DNA of 64,000 nucleotides, taken from a virus. Below are positions 20,154-30,045 of this stretch, one piece after another. Location: UHGV virus genome UHGV-0211740, one strand, 5' to 3'. A model generated the notes under the pieces. That model made no database searches, was not told the origin of the DNA, and saw nothing but the letters and a program-made list of their open reading frames with translations. The first letter of the stretch is position 1, and each line of letters starts with the position of its first letter. The position numbers were made by a program, and so were the translations under genes.

Positions 20154-21242
20154 TTAAAACTCCCAAATTTCTTCTTCAGCGTCGTTAACAGTTGTGTTGA
20201 CTCGGTAGTCAGTGTTCGACATTTCTTGGTTCGCCGTCTGTTGCAATGAAGGTTTCATCCACACCTGCATAAACGGTAGCGGGTCCTTTGTTGGCGGCAC
20301 AAAGTCTTTGTCGATGTCGTAGTAATCATAAATCGGTGAGCAGTTATAGTCAACCCATTCTTTAAGCAACGGTGAGTTAAGACCTATAATCGCTCTTCCT
20401 TCGCTGAAAATATAGTCACTCCAACCGTACTCCTTGGTTCGTACTTCATCAAGAATCTCTTTCAACTCCCCTTTTATCTCAAGGAAGCTTTTCTCCCACA
20501 CTGGATCATTGAGCAGGATATCAATGATGGCAAAATCACCTTTTGAATGCAGCATTTCGTCAAGCATGATTTTTTGAACAAGCTGCGCCACCTGAACAAA
20601 AATACCCTGTTCAGCTACTGCGAAAGTGCATGCAAAACTTGCAATAAACTCAATACTCTCCAGAGCTAAAAGTGCAAAAAGTGCTCTAAGAATGCATTTC
20701 CGTACAATATCTTCTTCAACACTGGAAGGATCCAGTCGGTATTTTGCACCAATAACCTCAAGCTCTTGCATATATTTGACAATAACCCCAGATCTGCTCA
20801 GCACGTTCTGGTTTTCCTGAATTTCTTCTATGATCTCGCGAGCATTAGGTAGGCACTGTCTAACAATCTCTGAGTAAGTAAGTGCGTGAAGAACTTCAAT
20901 CTCCGACTGCTTCATCAACAGAGCGAAAAGCTCACTATTAGTGATGAATGGTGAAAAGAGGCAGATGATTGATCTTGCCGCAACGCTATCAGCCTCCCAT
21001 TGCCACATCAAGGTCTGCACCATCACGTCATAAGTTGACTTTGAGCATGTTACAAAATCTGAAATAGATTGCGACAAATCCACTTCATCCTCTGCCCAAT
21101 CCTGTTCTTTTTGTTTTTTATACAGTTCAAACAGTTGTGGGTATTTTTTATTGATAGAGTCATACATCCCCATTTGCTGTCCTAGAAACAGCGGATAGTC
21201 ACCAGTTTTATGAGCGGTGTTCTCAGCATTAAATACAGCCAT
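20154..21242 (-). CDS. nrdB: ribonucleotide reductase class Ia beta subunit
   Basis: 362 aa; position downstream of nrdA, di-iron ferritin-like pattern. Confidence 0.85.
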   Translation of the reverse strand: MAVFNAENTAHKTGDYPLFLGQQMGMYDSINKKYPQLFELYKKQKEQDWAEDEVDLSQSISDFVTCSKSTYDVMVQTLMWQWEADSVAARSIICLFSPFITNSELFALLMKQSEIEVLHALTYSEIVRQCLPNAREIIEEIQENQNVLSRSGVIVKYMQELEVIGAKYRLDPSSVEEDIVRKCILRALFALLALESIEFIASFACTFAVAEQGIFVQVAQLVQKIMLDEMLHSKGDFAIIDILLNDPVWEKSFLEIKGELKEILDEVRTKEYGWSDYIFSEGRAIIGLNSPLLKEWVDYNCSPIYDYYDIDKDFVPPTKDPLPFMQVWMKPSLQQTANQEMSNTDYRVNTTVNDAEEEIWEF

Positions 21243-21281
21243 TAGTCTACCTCTAAAATGGGGCCGAAGCCCCTTTTAAAA

Positions 21282-23597
21282 TTACAGTGCACAACTTTCG
21301 CAATACGGATCTTCAACTGAACTATCTGCGATCAAAGGATAGTTCTTTCTGGTTTCATCTTCAGCATGTTTCTTGGCATGAAGTTCCTCTGCCAAGGAGT
21401 CACCAGCACCAACCCTAGAGTTTAAATAATACCATGTCTTCATCCCGAATTTAGTGGCACGGATAAGGTACCCTAGTTGCTCCTTCATTGAAATTTTACC
21501 ATCTTTCAACTTGGTGTAATCTATGTACAAATCCGCGCTGATTGCCTGACCTGTGAATTTTTGAATCACGGCATACATATCGATCATGTCGTTGGTATCA
21601 ACGTCCCAAGCCGAAGTGTAATACTCTTTCAACTCATCGTATTCAGGAACGATAAACAGCACCTGCCCTTGTGGCGACTTTTTAAAGATAATGTGCTCAC
21701 GGACAGGATAAACCCCGTTAGTGGTGTTTGTTGCCAGCGAAGAGCTTTCATTAGGCATATATGCTTCAAGAACGCTATTACGTATCCCACCATTTTCAAT
21801 GATTTGTTTACGTAACCCTTCCCAATCCTGTTTAAGAGAAGGATCTTTCACCACACTATCGACCTCTTTGTTATAGGTGTCGATTGGTAACCAACCTTCC
21901 GGGTATTTTGTTTTATGCATCCATTCGCAGACACCACGCTCTTTTGCCAATCGTAAACTTGCTTTGTGCAAGCTGTAGCTGTGAAGCTCTGCAAGATCAT
22001 GGACAAGCTGTTTACTTTCAGGAGATCCGTAAGTAACCTTGTGGCTGGCAATAAAATGTGCAACATTGGTAAGGCCAACCCCGATAGATCTGCGTTTTTT
22101 AACAGTGCTCTCCATATTTTCATACGGATATGTCATGATTTCCATAACATTGTCAATCATAAGCACCGTGTAGTATGCAACGTCCTCATACTCCTCTGTG
22201 GTAACCCTCCCAGCTACAAGAGATGATAGGAAGCACAATGCAACCTCACCATCATCAGCATCATACTTGAAGATATTACGCATATCTGAATAGCCTTTTG
22301 TCGGAAGGGCTATCTCTGCACACAGGTTGCTTGAATAGATTACATCTTTAAAAGGTGTATGTCTATTCATCTCATCTGTCCAGTATACGTACAGTCTTCC
22401 TACCTCAGTGCGCTGCGTGATAAGTTCAGCAGCAAGATCTCTAGCACGGATCCATGTTTTAGGAATACTGTCATCTTTAGCGATCCGATCAACCTCTGCA
22501 TCAAACTCTTCCATAGACATGGTGAAGATGCCTTCATGTAGCTGAGGTGCGTGCTTATAAGAAACAAGCATCCAATCTAAATTTTTAGCCACACGGTTGA
22601 TAAACGACCTATTAATACCTATGGAATAATCCATAGTGTTGATTCTTTTTGAAGCAACAGTCATAGGGTTTCTCAAACGGATTAGCTCATCAATCTGAGG
22701 ATCCAGTGCAAGGAATGACACTGTTGCCGAACCACCACGGGATTGTTGTCTATTCTCCTTAACCCCAGCATCAATACCACGATAATATGGGAGCTTGCCC
22801 ATATGCTTAATCGTGTTACCACGAACACCATCACCTGCAGATCTTGACGATAAATAGTAGCCAATGCCTGCTTGGTTAACCGTCATTGTGTACGCAACTT
22901 CACGTGCTACACCAATTGACTTTGCTGTATCGTCAGCTTTTATTACGCAACAAGATGCATACCCTGTCTTGCCTGTGCGTAGACCGTTTAAGTACGGTGT
23001 TGGGGCATTGATCTTTAAGTCTGACAGATAAGTGTATAATTTTACAACATCGTTAATACGGCGTTCTTTAGGCATATTCTTCATGACAGCCATTGCTATC
23101 CCCATAAACATCATCTGGGGAGATTCAAACAGGGTGTCTTTAAGAGTATCCTTGATCCCGTATTTGTCACGAAACTGTTTAAGGACTGCATAGCCATAAC
23201 CGAGATCTTTACTGTGATCAATAACAGTGTTTAAAGTATTTAACTCAGTAAAGCTATAACCCATATCCTCCCAATACCCTTTCTCAACCATGGTATTGTA
23301 GAATGAGGGTAAGGAAGGGATCTTTGTAAACCCTCCAAAAGCCTCTTTATAGATCTGACCAATAAGAACACGACCAGCCATACGGGAATGTGCTTCGTCT
23401 TTACGGCTAACACATGAATCTATAATAGCCTGGTTAACTTCTTTGGTTGTGCATCCATCATACAGACGTTTGTATGCATCCATTGCAATATGTGACCAAT
23501 TGCCGTTACCGTCGTCACCGAAAATAGCTGCCTTATTTAAACGTTCTGGATCGAATTCAACTTCACATCCGTTACTTTTAATTACTTTGGTGATCAA
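21282..23597 (-). CDS. nrdA: ribonucleotide reductase class Ia alpha subunit
   Basis: 771 aa; N-terminal ATP-cone, C-terminal CESC redox tail. Confidence 0.9.
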   Translation of the reverse strand: MITKVIKSNGCEVEFDPERLNKAAIFGDDGNGNWSHIAMDAYKRLYDGCTTKEVNQAIIDSCVSRKDEAHSRMAGRVLIGQIYKEAFGGFTKIPSLPSFYNTMVEKGYWEDMGYSFTELNTLNTVIDHSKDLGYGYAVLKQFRDKYGIKDTLKDTLFESPQMMFMGIAMAVMKNMPKERRINDVVKLYTYLSDLKINAPTPYLNGLRTGKTGYASCCVIKADDTAKSIGVAREVAYTMTVNQAGIGYYLSSRSAGDGVRGNTIKHMGKLPYYRGIDAGVKENRQQSRGGSATVSFLALDPQIDELIRLRNPMTVASKRINTMDYSIGINRSFINRVAKNLDWMLVSYKHAPQLHEGIFTMSMEEFDAEVDRIAKDDSIPKTWIRARDLAAELITQRTEVGRLYVYWTDEMNRHTPFKDVIYSSNLCAEIALPTKGYSDMRNIFKYDADDGEVALCFLSSLVAGRVTTEEYEDVAYYTVLMIDNVMEIMTYPYENMESTVKKRRSIGVGLTNVAHFIASHKVTYGSPESKQLVHDLAELHSYSLHKASLRLAKERGVCEWMHKTKYPEGWLPIDTYNKEVDSVVKDPSLKQDWEGLRKQIIENGGIRNSVLEAYMPNESSSLATNTTNGVYPVREHIIFKKSPQGQVLFIVPEYDELKEYYTSAWDVDTNDMIDMYAVIQKFTGQAISADLYIDYTKLKDGKISMKEQLGYLIRATKFGMKTWYYLNSRVGAGDSLAEELHAKKHAEDETRKNYPLIADSSVEDPYCESCAL

Positions 23598-23902
23598 TTT
23601 GCTTCCTCCACTTCATCAACGTATTTATCAAGGCAGGTATCAGTATCTTGCTGAGTAAAGGTATCCTCTTCTACAGAGATATTTATAATTTTACCTGTAT
23701 ACTCGTCATAATAAACATCATCATACATTTTAATATCGTTTGTCAGGCCGTTGAACCAAAGCCACCCAACATACTCTGTCCGACTTGCAAAACCAAGATC
23801 CTTCCACTTGGAATTATGACTCATCTTCACCACCTTAGCTTTCAATACCGAATAATTTTTCCAGGCGATGCAGATCTTCAAAATTGAAAGGTTCATCAAC
23901 AA
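23594..23902 (-). CDS. hypothetical protein
   Basis: 102-aa ORF. Confidence 0.4.
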   Translation of the reverse strand: MLMNLSILKICIAWKNYSVLKAKVVKMSHNSKWKDLGFASRTEYVGWLWFNGLTNDIKMYDDVYYDEYTGKIINISVEEDTFTQQDTDTCLDKYVDEVEEAN

Positions 23903-24296
23903 TATGAATATCTTCAGCCTTTTCAGATTGTTTTGTATACTTTCTTACATTAACACGATCCTCTACAGGGATATCGTATGGAAGATCTTGAACAAGCAGT
24001 GCCTCATCTGGCGTTTTATCCACATCTAAAATATCTACACCATTGTACATTTGTGGGTATCTAAAGTCAGCACGCATGACACCCGCAAATACATCTGCCT
24101 TTCGGTAATGGGTAGGCTTATTTTTGCATCTAACGTTTTTTCCACGAAGAACATCAATATTTTTTAAATCAAACCCCACAGCAAACAGTGCAGCTCGGAG
24201 ACCGTTTCGTGTACGAACGTTAAACCCAGGAACGGTAGATAGGAAATCTAAAGTAACTGAAATAAATGTCTTTTTAGGAATCATAACATCACTCAT
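23835..24296 (-). CDS. hypothetical protein
   Basis: 153-aa ORF. Confidence 0.4.
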   Translation of the reverse strand: MSDVMIPKKTFISVTLDFLSTVPGFNVRTRNGLRAALFAVGFDLKNIDVLRGKNVRCKNKPTHYRKADVFAGVMRADFRYPQMYNGVDILDVDKTPDEALLVQDLPYDIPVEDRVNVRKYTKQSEKAEDIHIVDEPFNFEDLHRLEKLFGIES

Positions 24297-24393
24297 ATCT
24301 GTCTCCTTTCTGGCTCACCAACAAAGTGAGCCATTATTATAGATCATCTGATACTGTTAGTCAACACAAAAGTTACCTATCGCTGTGATAGGA

Positions 24394-25377
24394 TTATCCT
24401 TTCATGAAGTGATTATTAAGAAGCTGTCGGTGCTGAACCCACCCACAAAAGTTGGCAGACCAGAATTTACCATCACGGTCTTGATGGGTCACACCTTCCT
24501 GCCAGACACAGCTGTCTTGTGTGATTTCACATGAAGACAGATAGTAGTTTAAACGTTCCATCACATTGTCGTGATCCATAGGAGTCGCCTGGTGCTCGTA
24601 AGGGCTTGCATGAATACGATCCCCACCAATCAATTTTTTAGCCACATTGTCTGCCTTTTCAAACGTGCTGTCAATATTGCGATAAGATACTTGTGCACAA
24701 CAGCTCGCGCTAATAGACAGAGCTTCTTCAGTATTGAGAACGCAGAGCTTTCCTTCTGCATCCCGTACAGCATAGTTAAACTCACCGTCCAAATAAATGT
24801 GCTCTACATATGGGGTGTGCCATTGACCAGGTTTAAGGATTTCAGGAGTACTATTAGCCATAGCCTCCCACATACAATTAGCCAACATCTGAATCGTAGG
24901 ATCCGCATCGTGCCAGCAACGGAGGTGGAAAAAATTATTCCACTCGGTGCTTGTTACAACTGTTTTCATGCGCTGAAACGGCTCTACTAAGCGGTTACAC
25001 ACCTGCTTATGGTATCCAGCAAGAGCAAACTTCTCAGCATGCCAGGCTGCATTTTTGGCAGCTTCTTTCCAGAACTCTTCAGGAGAGAACTCAAGATCAG
25101 TGTACTCGACACGGATCTTCTGATCGTGATCGCCACCATCCTCCATGCCTCGCTGGTTTACACCAAAACGAACTGGCATTGCAGGATTTTCCACAACCTG
25201 CTGCAGCATTTTGCTAACAGGTACTGCACGAGAGGACATTGCATTTCTGCTGAAAACTCGGTGTGTCATGAGTTCAGAGTGAATGATTCGAGGATACTCT
25301 AGCTCAAAAGTGGTGATACGCTTACCTTTCTCGGAAATGCTGTCAGCAATAATCTTTGCAGTGCACAGTTTTAGCAT
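24394..25377 (-). CDS. thyX: flavin-dependent thymidylate synthase-like protein (ThyX family)
   Basis: Segment THRVFSRNAMSSR matches the ThyX signature RHRx7-8S pattern in position and spacing. Confidence 0.6.
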   Translation of the reverse strand: MLKLCTAKIIADSISEKGKRITTFELEYPRIIHSELMTHRVFSRNAMSSRAVPVSKMLQQVVENPAMPVRFGVNQRGMEDGGDHDQKIRVEYTDLEFSPEEFWKEAAKNAAWHAEKFALAGYHKQVCNRLVEPFQRMKTVVTSTEWNNFFHLRCWHDADPTIQMLANCMWEAMANSTPEILKPGQWHTPYVEHIYLDGEFNYAVRDAEGKLCVLNTEEALSISASCCAQVSYRNIDSTFEKADNVAKKLIGGDRIHASPYEHQATPMDHDNVMERLNYYLSSCEITQDSCVWQEGVTHQDRDGKFWSANFCGWVQHRQLLNNHFMKG

Positions 25378-25577
25378 TATTTAGCTCTCCTTGTTTTAAT
25401 TTTGGAAATTTCGTCTGGGTTTATGTTGGCCTTAAATGCAAGGTACCTGTTAAACATATCAGAGCACATATCCTGGGTGATCCTGGAAGCATACACCAGC
25501 TTTCCATCCAGATTATATACCTCTAGCCAGTCTCCGTATCGGACTACAGGATCTCCCCCTTTAGAACATCTGCCCAT
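25377..25577 (-). CDS. hypothetical protein
   Basis: 66-aa ORF. Confidence 0.35.
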   Translation of the reverse strand: MGRCSKGGDPVVRYGDWLEVYNLDGKLVYASRITQDMCSDMFNRYLAFKANINPDEISKIKTRRAK

Positions 25578-25578
25578 T

Positions 25579-26172
25579 TCAAATACCTTCTAAAAACTTT
25601 CCTATTTTATACCAGCTATGAGTGGTATAGTCAACACTAACCTTTAACTCCTCGAATTGCTCATAAGGTGTGTCTTTTAAGATTTTAATAACTTCTGGTC
25701 GTGAAGCAAACTGGTTCAGGTACTCATGCCTGTCATCAATTATGACATCTACAGCCACATTCCCTTTGAAATGTGTGGCATAGAAGCCGTGTCCCTGAGA
25801 ATGATCGTCCAGATCCATAAAGTCGCTGGTCCAACGCTTTAAGAACCTTGATTTAGAAGCTAGGTGACCTTTCTTGCACACCGAGATAAATGCAAGCTTG
25901 TGACCACGGCCCACCAAGTCTTTCATAACCTCAATAGCACCCTCCTCAGGCTTAAGAAAGTCGTAAAGGAACGGGTCACTCCAGAAATCAAAAGGACCTA
26001 TGATGTTTTCTTTGGGACGGTCAGGCCAATACTTTGACAGATCGTAATACATCGTTCCGTTAGAAGGTTTATCTATTGTCTTGTTAGCTGGGCCATATAA
26101 ACGCTCTAGCCACTCCCACCATGCTGTTCCTGAGTCTACCAGTGTCAAATCTACATCAATTCCGATCAGCAT
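25579..26172 (-). CDS. HAD-superfamily phosphatase, probable 5-prime deoxyribonucleotidase
   Basis: N-terminal GIDVDLTLVD carries the HAD DxDxT motif. Confidence 0.5.
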   Translation of the reverse strand: MLIGIDVDLTLVDSGTAWWEWLERLYGPANKTIDKPSNGTMYYDLSKYWPDRPKENIIGPFDFWSDPFLYDFLKPEEGAIEVMKDLVGRGHKLAFISVCKKGHLASKSRFLKRWTSDFMDLDDHSQGHGFYATHFKGNVAVDVIIDDRHEYLNQFASRPEVIKILKDTPYEQFEELKVSVDYTTHSWYKIGKFLEGI

Positions 26173-26177
26173 TGCTC

Positions 26178-26780
26178 TCAGCCCTCTTTAGCATCAATAT
26201 ACTTGCACACAATCTCAGATGCACACTCCCAAGGTGCTCCCTCAGGGTTAACGACATCAAACTCGATACCTTTTATCCCGTTCTTCTCTAGGCTAAGGTA
26301 AGTTCTGGAATCATTTCCCCAATCATATCCTGCACGGTGTATACGGAACAATAGCAGATCTCCACCTGTGCGGTATGCGTACTCGCTAAGGCATGCCAGC
26401 TCCTCTTTGAAGCCACCATCAGAGTAAACAACAACCCCTTTACCTTCTGGGAAATCTTTCTCCAGAGAAGCAACACTGGCCTTTCCGAAAGCGTCGCTAC
26501 CGAATACAGGTTTAATAAGGGACTCGCTACAATGGATCATCCACTCGCGAGGAGAAACGTGCTTTCCATCGATCATCAAGAACGGGCACGGCTCTTCTTT
26601 GTAGCGGCGATCATAAAATGCATTCCACAACTGTGGTGAAATACCTGCTGCCTTAATTGCCACGCTGAATAGCATTTCCTTTACCTCGCGGTGATGCGAG
26701 TTTGGAATAGCTTCCAACAAAAGATCTGCGATATGGTCTTTTCCAGAGCTTGGTGGTGCATTAAGAACAATAATATCCAT
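26178..26780 (-). CDS. P-loop nucleotide kinase, probable dNMP kinase
   Basis: NAPPSSGKD P-loop resembles the T4 gp1 dNMP kinase motif. Confidence 0.45.
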   Translation of the reverse strand: MDIIVLNAPPSSGKDHIADLLLEAIPNSHHREVKEMLFSVAIKAAGISPQLWNAFYDRRYKEEPCPFLMIDGKHVSPREWMIHCSESLIKPVFGSDAFGKASVASLEKDFPEGKGVVVYSDGGFKEELACLSEYAYRTGGDLLLFRIHRAGYDWGNDSRTYLSLEKNGIKGIEFDVVNPEGAPWECASEIVCKYIDAKEG

Positions 26781-26983
26781 TAAAAACCTCCGTGATATTC
26801 TCCAACTGCATCAATAATACTTTTACACTTATCTACCAACTCGTTAGCTACTACAGCATCGTCCTCCCAAACAGCCTCCTCGATTTGATCAAGCAGTGAT
26901 CGCATCTTCTGCATCATTTCTGGGATAAAGTCTTCTGAAAAGCTATCTGGAATTATTAACTCTGGTGTCATTGCGGTCTCCAA
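26780..26983 (-). CDS. hypothetical protein
   Basis: 67-aa acidic ORF. Confidence 0.35.
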   Translation of the reverse strand: METAMTPELIIPDSFSEDFIPEMMQKMRSLLDQIEEAVWEDDAVVANELVDKCKSIIDAVGEYHGGF

Positions 26984-26998
26984 TCATACTGTGCGTTA

Positions 26999-27457
26999 TT
27001 AGAAGTTTGTTTTTACACGTCCCTTTTCATCGACTTCGTTGTTAGCTAGGAGCGTTACAAAGTCTGTAAAACGAACATGAAGAACTCTTTTCTTACCCAG
27101 GTACCCTAAAGCCACCCCTGAGAAATTTAGCATCAAAGGGGCTAAAGAAGCTCTGGCACTGAAATGCTGTTGTTCCACCCTTCCAACACCTTTAGTATAG
27201 GATGGGTTGAGATTATAAGTTCTGAATCCAAGTTTTGTTGGAGCTTTAGAGTTAAAAACAACTTTATAGCGTTTCTTACTCAGTTTATGCTCCAGGATAA
27301 GCATCCCCTTATCACCTTTGATAAGTTGAAAATCTGTAAAGTGCTCTTTTAAGACGAAAGGTAGTGCCAGCCCCATGGCCTGCCCCCTTTGAACCGCAGT
27401 CTCACCAAAAGCTTTTGCGTCAGTAAGTTCTTTAGTTAAGTCTATACTTTTGATCAT
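26999..27457 (-). CDS. hypothetical protein
   Basis: 152-aa ORF. Confidence 0.4.
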   Translation of the reverse strand: MIKSIDLTKELTDAKAFGETAVQRGQAMGLALPFVLKEHFTDFQLIKGDKGMLILEHKLSKKRYKVVFNSKAPTKLGFRTYNLNPSYTKGVGRVEQQHFSARASLAPLMLNFSGVALGYLGKKRVLHVRFTDFVTLLANNEVDEKGRVKTNF

Positions 27458-28268
27458 ACTGGGCCTCCAGAATGTATTGTAGTTCTTTCTTACCTATACT
27501 CTTCATTCCTGCGGTCTTACCCGCTTCTTCTTGAAAAGAAGAATAGCACTCGATAAACACTCTGTCAACACCATCAACCAAAGATTTTATGAAATATGTT
27601 GATTCTTTAGATTTTGGGTCATCCTCACCTAATACTTTTCCGGCATTATACCCAACACGCCTCACACAGAAGTCGTAGTCATCTGGTGTACTAAAAGAAA
27701 ATAGCTTATTCTCTCCAATCTCTACAGGACTTCTATTGCAGTCCTTTTTCTCCCAGATCTGGAAAACGCATGGCACGTCATAAGGTTTGCCACTGAGTAA
27801 AAAAGAATTCTTGGGGCACCTTTCGCTGTAAACAAGGTGCATCGACATATCCAGCTTGTTTGCAAAAAATATTTTTTCAAATGTTCGTGGTAAGATGAAG
27901 GCTATAGCCCCACCAAGCTCCAATAACGACGCACAGTGGTTAAAGAACTTGCAAGCTAAAGATGAATTCTTGCCAAATGGAGGGTTACCTATGAATACAT
28001 CTGCCTTGGGATACACCTCCAAAAAGTTTGCCTGAATGCACGGTGTTGGGCCTTCAAATTCAGGATCTGGGACCAAATCGTACGACAATATCTCTGAGAA
28101 CAGTTTTGAAAAAGAACCCTTTCCAGCAGAAGGCTCAACGTATGCACAATTTCCATACTTACCTTTTACTTTGCCAACAAGATATTTGGCATACTCGGGA
28201 TCTGTGTAATATTTGTCGTTGGACTCTTTCTTGCTCAAAGTGCCTCCAAAAAGGAAAGGGAGGCGCAA
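27432..28268 (-). CDS. DNA methyltransferase (NPPF motif, probably N6-adenine)
   Basis: Motif I-like EPSAGKGSF and motif IV FIGNPPFGK. Confidence 0.65.
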   Translation of the reverse strand: MRLPFLFGGTLSKKESNDKYYTDPEYAKYLVGKVKGKYGNCAYVEPSAGKGSFSKLFSEILSYDLVPDPEFEGPTPCIQANFLEVYPKADVFIGNPPFGKNSSLACKFFNHCASLLELGGAIAFILPRTFEKIFFANKLDMSMHLVYSERCPKNSFLLSGKPYDVPCVFQIWEKKDCNRSPVEIGENKLFSFSTPDDYDFCVRRVGYNAGKVLGEDDPKSKESTYFIKSLVDGVDRVFIECYSSFQEEAGKTAGMKSIGKKELQYILEAQYDQKYRLN

Positions 28269-28283
28269 GCCTCCCTCTAAGTG

Positions 28284-29267
28284 TTAGATTATCTGGATCA
28301 GGGTGTTTTTCATTTCTTCTCTGGTCCGGATGTTGTTACGATCACGAACAACAGACCCACAACCTTCGCAACGGTATGTTTTAAATGCACTCAGCTGAGT
28401 ATACGCCAAAGCTTCCTCTTCGTGAAGGTGTTCTCCACCGCAGCGTGGGCAACGAACTTTCGACTCCTCGTCCTGGTAGTACAGCGACATGTTGGGGTGC
28501 TGCTTAGCAAACGGGCGAGCCAGCAAGTACAGACCTTCCAGAGACAGAATATCCCCAACATTATACTCACGCATTTGTTTAAACGCCTCAAGATCACCAT
28601 GGACACACTTGATCCACATTTCAAATGTATGGTCAATCAGCTTCTGTCGGGCCAGTTGGAAGTATTTGCATGCATATTCCAAGGTGTTTGCATTCAAACG
28701 GAATGCCTTCTTAATCATCTTAAGGGTGTCAACCTCTTTGTAGGGACTTGTTGGCGGCAACCCGTGAAATGCAAATCGTTGGTTGGCCCACCCACAGTCA
28801 AAACCTGAATTGTGAGCTACTGCAACATCACATTTGTCCAGATAATACCACAGATCCTGAATCAACTCAAGATCGTTGTGAATATCCTCACCCCACATTT
28901 TGTAATCAGGAAGAGCACAGTCAACCACGCTAGGACTGTCTAACCACTTACCTGCAAAAGTTAGCATATAGGGCATAATTTCAATACCGCAGGTTTGAAT
29001 GTTGGTTTTATAGTGCCCAAAGAACCAGCCGTTTGTTGGAGATGTCTCTGTATCATACACCCAAACTTTGGCACCCTTGTGTTCCTCAAGGAAGCGCTCA
29101 GTTGCCTCTCCTACAATCTCTGACATATTTTCCTGTGCACGTTTAAGCTGTAGTCGGATCCAGCTCTCTCGTGACTCACGTCCTAAAAATTCACGAGCAA
29201 TTTGTCTATTAGTGTATCCCTGCTGCTTTAGTGTTAAAATTTGCTCAAGAGTTAACTTTGTCATCAT
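28284..29267 (-). CDS. DEDD-family 3-prime to 5-prime exonuclease with HTH and C-terminal Zn ribbon
   Basis: VYDTETS (Exo I) and AHNSGFD (Exo II) motifs; C-terminal CPRCGGEH..CEGCG; N-terminal GYTNRQIAREF. Confidence 0.6.
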   Translation of the reverse strand: MMTKLTLEQILTLKQQGYTNRQIAREFLGRESRESWIRLQLKRAQENMSEIVGEATERFLEEHKGAKVWVYDTETSPTNGWFFGHYKTNIQTCGIEIMPYMLTFAGKWLDSPSVVDCALPDYKMWGEDIHNDLELIQDLWYYLDKCDVAVAHNSGFDCGWANQRFAFHGLPPTSPYKEVDTLKMIKKAFRLNANTLEYACKYFQLARQKLIDHTFEMWIKCVHGDLEAFKQMREYNVGDILSLEGLYLLARPFAKQHPNMSLYYQDEESKVRCPRCGGEHLHEEEALAYTQLSAFKTYRCEGCGSVVRDRNNIRTREEMKNTLIQII

Positions 29268-29279
29268 CGTTAAGATTCC

Positions 29280-29501
29280 TTAGTAAAACTGAAGAATGTC
29301 TTTTAAAGCGAAGTCACGATATTCGCCCTTGTCTACATCAAAGGCATGCATCAACCACTGCTCTTCTTTATGATACTCTGTAGAACCAAACCATAAATTA
29401 GGTTCAGTAACGCAGCGATCTGCAACAACACCTTTCCAGTTACGGTATTTCATCCTGATCAGAACTGAATCGCAAGGATTGAATACCTTTTTCATCCCCA
29501 T
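29280..29501 (-). CDS. hypothetical protein
   Basis: 73-aa ORF. Confidence 0.35.
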   Translation of the reverse strand: MGMKKVFNPCDSVLIRMKYRNWKGVVADRCVTEPNLWFGSTEYHKEEQWLMHAFDVDKGEYRDFALKDILQFY

Positions 29502-30045
29502 AGAAGTCTCTCTCCTCAGTTTTCTTTATGAACTCCTGCATGTAGGCTTCAATAGCCTCATGCTTAGTGTGCTCTGGATTAATGACAAGATCGAGATCCG
29601 ATTCTGCTCGTGCAATAATTGTGGCTTTAGAGCATCTCCTCAAGAACTTTGTCATATCGTCTCTGTAGTTTTTGTGGAGCGGGAAGTCGCTGTAGTCTTT
29701 CTCCAGATAGTCAGCCATCCGGCGCAACGCCTCTGATAAACTGCAATCTGTATACTCGTTACAGTATTTCATCCAGTACTTAAGCACATACCCTTCAAAG
29801 GTATTAGTGAATTGGGACAAAACACCCCTGCAACGACCAGTCAGATGATCATGATCTAAACAAGGCTTACGAAGTGGCTCGCACAAGATCGGATCAAGGC
29901 CATCCTGCTCTTCTGACAATTCTTTCCGAAAGTTGGCTATGTCCTTAGAATCTTTTAGCCACCCGCTATGAACGGGGGCTTTGACAGCTTTCTTTCTTAT
30001 TTTACGCTTTGCGATAATCCCTCCAGATGTGCCCTGCCTATCCAA
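29440..30045 (-). CDS. Endonuclease VII-family (HNH-like) nuclease
   Basis: CLDHDHLTGRCRGVL matches the Endo VII Zn/HNH core. Confidence 0.6.
   Translation of the reverse strand: MDRQGTSGGIIAKRKIRKKAVKAPVHSGWLKDSKDIANFRKELSEEQDGLDPILCEPLRKPCLDHDHLTGRCRGVLSQFTNTFEGYVLKYWMKYCNEYTDCSLSEALRRMADYLEKDYSDFPLHKNYRDDMTKFLRRCSKATIIARAESDLDLVINPEHTKHEAIEAYMQEFIKKTEERDFYGDEKGIQSLRFSSDQDEIP

Noticed and set aside
21246-21278. Hairpin GGGGCCGAAGCCCC between nrdA and nrdB as a terminator
   Set aside because: Lies inside an apparent operon with only a short A/T-rich run on the transcribed strand; more likely an attenuator or mRNA-stabilising hairpin, not annotated as a terminator.
28281-28808. 175-aa plus-strand ORF overlapping the DEDD exonuclease gene
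   Set aside because: Antisense to a motif-supported minus-strand gene; no motifs of its own.
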